Shown here piece by piece: positions 9,336 through 16,314 of a stretch of 26,307 bases of DNA (positions are counted from its first letter, which is position 1; each line of letters begins with the position of its first letter). Below the pieces are notes generated by a model, which had not been told where the DNA came from, did not search any database, and saw nothing but the letters and a program-made list of their open reading frames with translations. The DNA is taken from assembly GCA_030540495.1 (NCBI GenBank), contig JAUNWC010000001.1:1-26307 (forward strand), in the 5' to 3' direction. Made by a program: the position numbers and the translations under genes. Source of the DNA: Bacteroidota bacterium. Lineage in GTDB: Bacteria > Bacteroidota > Bacteroidia > Bacteroidales > P3.

Positions 9336-10001
9336 ATGAAAAGATTTTTAGTAATGACTATGATGGTCGTAATAATAGCTATAAGTGGCTATTCACAAGA
9401 AAGTAATGTAAAACGTCATAATTTTGGTATAGGAATCTCCTCCTCCTTATCCTCTTCTACAAATAAATTCTTAAAACACATTGGCAATAATACTTTTGAA
9501 GGAAATTTCGGCAAGATAGATAAGAATTTTGATTTAAACCTATCGTTTCTTTACGAATACAATGTTAGCAAAAATATAACCATAGGAGTGGCTCCCACAT
9601 ACAGAGAGAGCAGGGCTGAAATTAATTATCAATATGAAAGTAGCCTGTTTGGAGAAACAACAGAGACTATCTATGATATAGAAGTTCCTTTGTTTGTAGA
9701 TTACAAATTTTCAGTAATGGAAAAGAACAAGTTGTTTGCCGGAGTAGGTTTTTCGGGCTTGTTTAATATAAACACCGATTCAGAGGAAATTGCAACAAAA
9801 AATACATTCTCTCCTTATATGCTTTTCCGTTTGGGATTTGATGTCTATGGAAAACACAGAATACAATTTCTTATGCAATATAGATGTAACCTTTCGGCAA
9901 ATACTTATTATAATGGCATAGATTACAATATGTTCCCTCATATACAAAAAGAGTATTTTAAAGTAAATACTTTTGATGTAGGAGTAAATTTCTTTTTCTA
10001 A
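9336..10001 (+). CDS. Outer-membrane beta-barrel (porin-like) protein
   Basis: 221 aa. Signal peptide, amphipathic strands (LSFLYEYN, IEVPLFVDYKF) and a C-terminal Phe (FDVGVNFFF). Confidence 0.75.
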   Translation: MKRFLVMTMMVVIIAISGYSQESNVKRHNFGIGISSSLSSSTNKFLKHIGNNTFEGNFGKIDKNFDLNLSFLYEYNVSKNITIGVAPTYRESRAEINYQYESSLFGETTETIYDIEVPLFVDYKFSVMEKNKLFAGVGFSGLFNINTDSEEIATKNTFSPYMLFRLGFDVYGKHRIQFLMQYRCNLSANTYYNGIDYNMFPHIQKEYFKVNTFDVGVNFFF

Positions 10002-10013
10002 AAAGAGAAAAGT

Positions 10014-10126
10014 ATAAGTATTATAAGTTAGCATAGGTTACAGCCACAGGCTGTTTTATAGGACGCATAAGCGTATGACATAATTTAAGTTTTCTTACAC
10101 TCCTATCTTAACCTATGCTAACTTAT
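10014..10126. repeat. Extragenic palindromic element, copy A (REP/REPIN- or MITE-like)
   Basis: Perfect 18-bp inverted repeat ATAAGTTAGCATAGGTTA (10023-10040) / TAACCTATGCTAACTTAT (10109-10126). It encloses the small hairpins ACAGCC-ACA-GGCTGT and ACGC-ATAA-GCGT. Confidence 0.8.
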
Positions 10127-10156
10127 TTTAACCCATTCCCAAAAAATAAAAATTAC

Positions 10157-10175
10157 AATTTTTTGTCAAAAAATT
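10157..10175. promoter_or_regulatory. Inverted repeat abutting the tnaA -33 box, candidate regulator site
   Basis: AATTTTTTG-T-CAAAAAATT. Perfect but low complexity. Confidence 0.3.
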
Positions 10176-10206
10176 TGGTAGTTATAAGTATTTTGTTATA
10201 AATTTG
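10174..10206 (+). promoter_or_regulatory. Sigma-A promoter of tnaA
   Basis: TTTG (10174-10177), 21 nt, TAAATTTG (10199-10206). Predicted TSS ~10213, giving a ~185-nt leader. Confidence 0.75.
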
Positions 10207-10231
10207 CAAAAAAGGATAATCATTATATCTG

Positions 10232-10306
10232 ATGGAAGAAAAATTACATATAAGCGTAACTAATCCCTATTTGAATATAAAGAAAAGGGATAGTTTCTTT
10301 ATGTAA
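10232..10306 (+). CDS. Putative 24-aa leader peptide MEEKLHISVTNPYLNIKKRDSFFM upstream of tnaA
   Basis: Hand-translated ATG...TAA, not in the ORF track. Lies within the predicted leader, with a local resemblance to E. coli TnaC. The start context is weak (C at -3). Confidence 0.35.
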   Translation: MEEKLHISVTNPYLNIKKRDSFFM

Positions 10307-10350
10307 TCTTTCTGAGGGCTAAGGCATACTCTGTCTTAGTTTTCTTTATT
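10237..10350 (+). promoter_or_regulatory. Structured tnaA leader: long hairpin plus terminator-like hairpin (candidate attenuator)
   Basis: 10237-10250 pairs with 10300-10313 (13/14). 10259-10268 pairs with 10286-10294 (one bulge). CTAAGGCA-TACTC-TGTCTTAG (10319-10339) is followed by TTTTCTTTATTTT. Confidence 0.5.
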
Positions 10351-10397
10351 TTCAATTAAGACAATTTTTTCTTTATTAATCATAAAAATTTTTTATT

Positions 10398-11774
10398 ATG
10401 GAATTACCATTTGCAGAAAGTTGGAAAATTAAAATGGTGGAACCTATAAGAAAATCCACTAAAGAACAAAGAGAACAATGGCTTAAAGAAGCCCATTACA
10501 ATGTATTTCAATTGAAGAGTGAGCAGGTTTATATTGACCTTTTGACAGACTCTGGAACAGGAGCAATGTCTCAGGAGCAATGGGCTGCTATGATGTTAGG
10601 AGATGAATCATACGCTGGAGCAACCTCGTTCTATAAATTTGAAAGTACAATAAAAAGAATTTTTGGTTTGGATTATGTTATTCCTACCCACCAAGGTCGT
10701 GCTGCAGAAAATGTTTTGTTTTCTTATCTTGTAAAAGAAGGTAACGTTATTCCTGGCAATGCTCACTTTGACACAACCAAAGGACATATAGAATCTCGTC
10801 ATGCTTTTGCTATAGACGTAACCATACCTGAGGCTAATGATACTCAACTTGAATTGCCTTTTAAGGGAAATGTTTCCATAGAGTTGTTGAAAAAAGTGTT
10901 GGAAGAGAATAAAGGCAACGTACCTTTCTTTGTGCTTACAGTAACCAACAATACTAAGGGCGGACAACCTGTAAGTATGCAAAACATAAAAGAAACTTGT
11001 GAGGTTTGTCATTCTTACAATGTTCCTGTGGTTATGGACTCTGCTCGTTTTGCCGAAAATGCTTATTTTATCAAAACAAGAGAGGAGGGATACAAAGAAA
11101 AGACAATAAAAGAAATTGTTAAGGAAATGTATTCATACGTTGATGCTGCCACAATGTCTTGCAAAAAAGATGCAATAGTAAATATGGGAGGATTTATTGC
11201 TATGCGTAACAAAGAATGGTATGAGGGTTGTAAATTGTTCTGCATACCTTTTGAGGGTTATGTAACATATGGCGGTTTGAACGGCAGAGACCTTAATGCT
11301 ATAGCAGTAGGTTTGGACGAGAATACAGAGTTTGATATGCTTGAAACTCGTATTAAGCAAGTTGAGTATTTAGCAAAGAAACTTGACGAATATGGCATAC
11401 CTTACCAAAGACCTGCAGGCGGACATGCTATATTTGTGGATGCAGATAGAGTTTTAGACCAAATACCAAAGGAGGAATTTCCAGGACAAACTCTTACTTG
11501 TGAATTGTATTTGGAGGCAGGAATACGTGCTTGCGAAATAGGATATATGCTTGCCGACAGAGACCCTGTAACAAGAGAGAATCGTTTTGGAGGAATGGAT
11601 TTGCTTAGACTTTGCATACCAAGGAGAGTTTATACCAACAACCATATGGATGTAATTGCCGCTGCTTTGAAAAATGTTTATGACCGCAGACACGAAATCA
11701 AAAGAGGCGTTGCCATAGAGTGGGAAGCACCTTTGATGAGACACTTTACCGTCCAACTAAAAAGATTAGGATAA
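10398..11774 (+). CDS. tnaA: Tryptophanase (tryptophan indole-lyase, PLP-dependent)
   Basis: 458 aa. IDLLTDSGT, GDESYAG, PTHQGRAAE and MSCKKD (PLP Lys). Residues that distinguish tryptophanase from tyrosine phenol-lyase are the tryptophanase type: FDTT (Asp), CEIG (Ile) and RHFT (His). Confidence 0.95.
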   Translation: MELPFAESWKIKMVEPIRKSTKEQREQWLKEAHYNVFQLKSEQVYIDLLTDSGTGAMSQEQWAAMMLGDESYAGATSFYKFESTIKRIFGLDYVIPTHQGRAAENVLFSYLVKEGNVIPGNAHFDTTKGHIESRHAFAIDVTIPEANDTQLELPFKGNVSIELLKKVLEENKGNVPFFVLTVTNNTKGGQPVSMQNIKETCEVCHSYNVPVVMDSARFAENAYFIKTREEGYKEKTIKEIVKEMYSYVDAATMSCKKDAIVNMGGFIAMRNKEWYEGCKLFCIPFEGYVTYGGLNGRDLNAIAVGLDENTEFDMLETRIKQVEYLAKKLDEYGIPYQRPAGGHAIFVDADRVLDQIPKEEFPGQTLTCELYLEAGIRACEIGYMLADRDPVTRENRFGGMDLLRLCIPRRVYTNNHMDVIAAALKNVYDRRHEIKRGVAIEWEAPLMRHFTVQLKRLG

Positions 11775-11795
11775 TATTTATTTTAAACTACTTAC

Positions 11796-11835
11796 AATAA
11801 GTGGCAAGTTCAAAGAACTTGCCACTTATTTCTTT
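11796..11835 (+). terminator. Intrinsic terminator of tnaA
   Basis: AATAAGTGGCAAGTTC-AAA-GAACTTGCCACTTATT, a 16-bp perfect stem followed by TCTTT, ~20 nt after the stop. Confidence 0.88.
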
Positions 11836-11838
11836 GAT

Positions 11839-12095
11839 ATAAGTTTTATAAGTTGTAATAGGTTAGCATAGGTTGGAGGCTAAGCCTCCTATAAGTTAGC
11901 ATAAGTTGTAATAAGTTAGTATAGGAGGCAAAGCCGTTATATTTTACTATACGCTTATGTGTCTCCTATAATAACCTATGCTAACTTATAGGAGCCAAAG
12001 GCTCCAACTTATAATAACCTATTAGGAGGCACAGCCTCAAACCTACCGTAACCTATTACAACCTATAAAACAACCTGTGGTTGCAACTTATAAAA
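11839..12095. repeat. Extragenic palindromic element, copy B (~257 bp nested inverted repeat)
   Basis: 11843-11874 vs 12040-12071 match 28/32 as an inverted repeat. 11886-11907 vs 11973-11994 match 21/22. 11844-11855 vs 12084-12095 match 12/12. Built from 10-bp-phased ATA(A/G)GTT units and triloop hairpins. Confidence 0.85.
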
Positions 12096-12132
12096 GAAAA
12101 ATGGACAACTCTTTTCCAAAGAGTTGTCCATT
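12091..12132 (-). terminator. Intrinsic terminator of the T9SS adhesin gene
   Basis: AATGGACAACTCTTT-TCC-AAAGAGTTGTCCATT, a 15-bp perfect stem. TAAAAGAAA on its left gives a U-tract on the minus strand. Confidence 0.85.
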
Positions 12133-12151
12133 AAAATTTAGTTTATCGTTT

Positions 12152-12289
12152 GGGCTATGCCCTATAAAATCACCCTGTGGGTGCAGCCTGAGGCTGTTCT
12201 ATAAAACGCTTAAGCGTATGTATTTTATAATGCTTTGCCCGTAGAAAACCTCTTAAATGGCTCTGCCCTATAAGACAGGCTAAGCCTGT
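12152..12289. repeat. Chain of small hairpins related to copies A and B (copy C)
   Basis: GGGC-TAT-GCCC, CACCC-TGT-GGGTG, CAGCC-TGA-GGCTG, ACGC-TTAA-GCGT and ACAGGC-TAA-GCCTGT. 12184-12220 closely resembles 10041-10077. Confidence 0.75.
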
Positions 12290-15200
12290 TTGATAAGTTT
12301 TTCTGTTCTTATAGTATTAGCAGTTTGTACTCTTATGTAATAAACTCCGCTTGCAAGATTGTCTGTCTCTACTTCCATAGAATCAACACCTTGTGGTAGA
12401 ACCTTAGAAGAAATTACTCTTCCTTGTTGGTCGGTGATGATTATGGTTGCTTGCTCGTTTAAGCCATTGACTTTCAAAGTTGCATTAGCCTTTGTAGGGT
12501 TAGGGTATAGACTTATGGTTAAGCCCTCTGCTATTTCTGCTATGCCAGAGTTTGCTACAAGAGTTAGGTTATATACTTGGTCGCAACCATACTCGTCCTC
12601 TTCTGTTACGGAGTAAGAGCCGTAAGCCGTGTAGGTTTCGCCGTGGTAAGTATAAGGGAACTCGCTTGAAGAAAGTGTAACCTCTTCGTTTATAGGAGTG
12701 TTCTCTGGTCTAACATAAAGGTTTATTCTAAAGTTAGTATCGCAATCTCCGTTTTGTCCCTCAACTGTAAGATAATACAAATCTGTTGTAGTGTAAGTTT
12801 GTCCGCGGAAGGTAAAACTTTCTCCGAAACAAATAGTATCTTCTACTGTTGCAATAACTGTGGTGCAAGGCTCATCTTCATCCACAAGGGTTGTGAAATA
12901 TTGCTCTGAGCCATAAACTGTTCCGTTGGCTGTGGTTACAAATGCTTTGTACATATAATAAGTATTTGCAGTTAAGCCACTTAGATTATAAGTGAATGTA
13001 TTGCCTGCATCGGTAGAAGTTACTTGAGTATAAGTACCTCCGTAAGCAGTTTTCCACTCAAAACCTTTGGCGGTTATGGTTTGGTTGCCCGCTGAGGTTA
13101 CCTCTCCGTTAAGAGTAACAGAAGTTTGAGCAACAGAAGTTGCTGCATTGGTTACTACTGTTGGGTTGATAGGGTCGGAGGTTGTGTTGCCCTCGTTACT
13201 AATAACCACATTGTCCAAATATACTCCATAACCATCGTGGCAAGCGGCAACAAATGCTATTTGATAAGTTGTGCTTGTGTTAGGTAGGTCTATGCTATTT
13301 GACTGAGAAGTAGATTTGGTTATGTTTTGTTCTGACATGCTTGGTCCGTGAGCGGCTAATAATGTCCATTCTCCCGTTGCACTTGTTCTATAATAAACAT
13401 ATAGAGAATCCTCACTTGTGTTCCAACTACAAGTCTCATATTCGTAAGAAAGATTTGGAGTGGTAAGCGTGGTCATATCCAATACTGGAGAAATCAAACG
13501 AGTAGAACCTGTGGTATAGTGTCTGTAAGCAACGTGGTTGTTTGTAGAATAATCATAGGATATTTCCCAATTTGTTATACCAGATACGGTTTGACTTGTC
13601 CAACAACCCAAATTACTTGTAGTCAATGTTTCAAAATCCTCTGTATAAGGAAAGTCTGTAATAGCAGAACACTCTGTGCGGAAAGTAGTAACATCTGAAG
13701 TCAATTCTACTCCGTCCTCGCAAATAGCCTTAATATATAGGCTGTATTCTGAGGAATGGTTAAGGTCGGTAATTGTTGCATTCCAAGAATTTGCTCCTGT
13801 TGTAGAAGGAACGGCTGTGGCTTGAGTATATTCACTTTCGGAGTTTAGTTTGTAGTAGATTTCAAAATCATCACCTGAGGAAGTCCAACTAACATTTGCT
13901 TGGTCGGCACTTGCAGTTACTGTTACGTTATCTGGACGCGTGCAAGAAGGAATAAGGTTCAAAGTTACATCATCCACATGCATAATAGTATTGGAGTAAG
14001 AAGAAGAATTCTTTATAGCAATATAAGAACCTGTGCCTGTGTAAGAAGATAAATCTACTTCATAGAACGTGTATTCAGTATTCAAAGTCATGGAAGAAAC
14101 CTCAGTGAAAGTTGTAGCGTCCATAGGATTTGTCATAACTCCTACTGATAATGTAGCAGTGTAATTATAAGGTCCTCTTGCAAAGAAGGAAAGTTGCAAA
14201 GTGTTTATAGGCAAAGCCTCAGTATCTATTTGAGGAAGTACTCCTATATCTCCGCTATTGCCATAGTATAATGAATAAGAACCATAGTGAGCATAAGATG
14301 AGTTATAAGAATATGGATATCCTATGCTTGGTCTTTGCCAACAAGCAGGCAATTCATTGTATAGAGTTCCGGCAGTGTTGTTTGTCTCAAAGTCCCAAGT
14401 TTGAGGAACATCGCTAATCAAAGCACAAGCGGTGGTAAATTGGAAAGTTTCTGAAGCATATGTATTGTTATCTGAGGTGCAAAGGTAAGAAACATACCAA
14501 TCATAAGTGGTGCTTGCCTCTAAGCCTGAAAGAGTATAAACTCCTGTTGCATCAAGATAAGCATTCTCTATGGAGTCAAAGTCAGTAGCAGAAGTCTCCT
14601 TGTAATGAATAGTTATGGCTGTTGCTGTTGGACCATTCCATTTAAGGTCTATACTTGAAGCAGTAGGGTTGATAGCAAGCAAGGATGTTGGAGCAGAGCA
14701 ATCAGGTAGTTCTTCTACTTTTACATCATCAAGATACCATAACCAATAAGCATTGTTGACAACATGACGGAAAGCAATATATCCTGTCTCTGCCTCTCCC
14801 AAATCTACTTGGTCAAAATTCACTCTGTATTTGTGCCAAGTAGTATCTCCATTAAGAGTAGCGGTGCTAACAGAATCTACCATAATAAATGTACTTGCAT
14901 CTGTTGGGTCGGTTACATAACCTATTTCCAAACGACCAGAAGAAGTGGTAATGCTCTCTGGTTTTGTCCAAAATTCAACAGAAAGTTGATTTAACTCAGT
15001 GCTAAATTCTGGCAAAACAGCAATGGTTGGAGTTGCTATCTGTGAATAGAAGTCCATACCTTTGGAAGATACATGACCGCTATAACTTGAAGTATTTACA
15101 CAAGGGAAAGTTTTTCCGTTTTCTGTTCTGCTATTGATAAATGACCAGCAAACAGGTCTTGCATACTGTTCTATTTCTTCAAAGTCCATTGTATAAGGTA

Positions 15201-16293
15201 TATCAAAAGGAACACATCCTGTGGTAAAGGTATGAATTACAGAGGAGGATTCGCTATTATCATTGCAAACGGTGGCAACATAGTATTGATAAGTTGTTGC
15301 ACCTTCAAGGTTGTTTAGTGTATAAACGCCATTGGTCAATGTTGCTTCATCTACAGAATATTCTACGTCGTCTCCGTCAGTAATTTTTTTGTAATAAACT
15401 TTGAAACTCTCGTCTCCATCATAACTCCAAGTAAGGTCTACGCTTGTAGCAGTAGCATTGCTATAAGAGATATTTGTAGGCTCCAAGCAAGTTGGAATTT
15501 GATTTATTCTAAGGTCGTCTAATAGATATTCGCCATTATTATAAGCGTATTCTCCACCTAAGCCCAAGTATCTTACAGCAATATAATAGGAGTTACCTGT
15601 GTAAGTAAAGTTGTTGAAATCTATGGTTTGCAAAGAATAGGTTGTTGTTATAGAATCTTGTAGAATACTTTTTAGAGAAACAAAGGTATTTATATTATTA
15701 GGGTCTGTCATAACGCCTACCTCTATATTACCAAATTGATAATTAGTGCTGCCGTAATAGGTGGTAGAGTATTTTCTAAGTTGGAATTGCAAACGAGTTT
15801 GCTCTATATCTAAATCAACCTTAGGAGCAACAACCATCATAGGAGTTACACTGCTTCCACCTATAACCAACATGGTATTAGGAGAGTAAGCATAATTTGC
15901 ATTAGTATATACCTCAGGGTAATAAGTCCATTCCCAATAATTATAAGACCTACTTTCTGAGGCAATTGTCCAACAATTTAATACAGAATTATCTTCAAAA
16001 TCTACAAAATAAGGAACATCTACAGTGCTACAAAGAGTAGAAACTGTAATGCTTCTGTACATAGCATCAGTTATATTCTCACAATCAGGTGCTATTTCTA
16101 TAATATACTCTGTGTTTTCTGATAAATCTGTTATTGTTGCAGTGGAGTTTGTTACCTCTACATTGTCAGTACTCCAATCTTGTGGTGTTTCAGTATCGGT
16201 TGTTTTATAACGAACAGCGTAGTTGTTATTGTTGCCAACCCAAGAAAGAGATATGCTGTTAGCAGTCTTAGAAGTAACAGTTATTTGTTGCAC
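12280..16293 (-). CDS. C-terminal fragment of the split adhesin: four FN3+adhesin-like units, an extra FN3-like domain, two small Cys modules and a T9SS type A CTD
   Basis: ISLYPNPT...IITDQQGR...LASGVYYIRV...EKLIK is a T9SS CTD. The GTG start has no signal peptide. Confidence 0.6.
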   Translation of the reverse strand: MQQITVTSKTANSISLSWVGNNNNYAVRYKTTDTETPQDWSTDNVEVTNSTATITDLSENTEYIIEIAPDCENITDAMYRSITVSTLCSTVDVPYFVDFEDNSVLNCWTIASESRSYNYWEWTYYPEVYTNANYAYSPNTMLVIGGSSVTPMMVVAPKVDLDIEQTRLQFQLRKYSTTYYGSTNYQFGNIEVGVMTDPNNINTFVSLKSILQDSITTTYSLQTIDFNNFTYTGNSYYIAVRYLGLGGEYAYNNGEYLLDDLRINQIPTCLEPTNISYSNATATSVDLTWSYDGDESFKVYYKKITDGDDVEYSVDEATLTNGVYTLNNLEGATTYQYYVATVCNDNSESSSVIHTFTTGCVPFDIPYTMDFEEIEQYARPVCWSFINSRTENGKTFPCVNTSSYSGHVSSKGMDFYSQIATPTIAVLPEFSTELNQLSVEFWTKPESITTSSGRLEIGYVTDPTDASTFIMVDSVSTATLNGDTTWHKYRVNFDQVDLGEAETGYIAFRHVVNNAYWLWYLDDVKVEELPDCSAPTSLLAINPTASSIDLKWNGPTATAITIHYKETSATDFDSIENAYLDATGVYTLSGLEASTTYDWYVSYLCTSDNNTYASETFQFTTACALISDVPQTWDFETNNTAGTLYNELPACWQRPSIGYPYSYNSSYAHYGSYSLYYGNSGDIGVLPQIDTEALPINTLQLSFFARGPYNYTATLSVGVMTNPMDATTFTEVSSMTLNTEYTFYEVDLSSYTGTGSYIAIKNSSSYSNTIMHVDDVTLNLIPSCTRPDNVTVTASADQANVSWTSSGDDFEIYYKLNSESEYTQATAVPSTTGANSWNATITDLNHSSEYSLYIKAICEDGVELTSDVTTFRTECSAITDFPYTEDFETLTTSNLGCWTSQTVSGITNWEISYDYSTNNHVAYRHYTTGSTRLISPVLDMTTLTTPNLSYEYETCSWNTSEDSLYVYYRTSATGEWTLLAAHGPSMSEQNITKSTSQSNSIDLPNTSTTYQIAFVAACHDGYGVYLDNVVISNEGNTTSDPINPTVVTNAATSVAQTSVTLNGEVTSAGNQTITAKGFEWKTAYGGTYTQVTSTDAGNTFTYNLSGLTANTYYMYKAFVTTANGTVYGSEQYFTTLVDEDEPCTTVIATVEDTICFGESFTFRGQTYTTTDLYYLTVEGQNGDCDTNFRINLYVRPENTPINEEVTLSSSEFPYTYHGETYTAYGSYSVTEEDEYGCDQVYNLTLVANSGIAEIAEGLTISLYPNPTKANATLKVNGLNEQATIIITDQQGRVISSKVLPQGVDSMEVETDNLASGVYYIRVQTANTIRTEKLIKQA

Positions 16294-16314
16294 AGGAGGA
16301 CAATCTGGTATGGT

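Noticed and set aside
10213-10397. T-box riboswitch or classical Trp-codon attenuator
   Set aside because: No T-box UGGnACC bulge motif is visible and the uORF has no Trp codons.
10398-11774. Tyrosine phenol-lyase (suggested by the Tyr in the leader peptide)
   Set aside because: The discriminating positions are tryptophanase-type: FDTT, EIG and RHFT, rather than FTTT, ERG and RFFT.
11839-12095. CRISPR array
   Set aside because: No constant 23-50-nt repeat with unique ~30-nt spacers. The units are 9-10 nt and flip orientation midway, and there are no cas genes in the window.
10014-12289. Autonomous insertion sequence or transposon
   Set aside because: No transposase ORF and no target-site duplication identified, so the elements are reported only as non-autonomous repeats.
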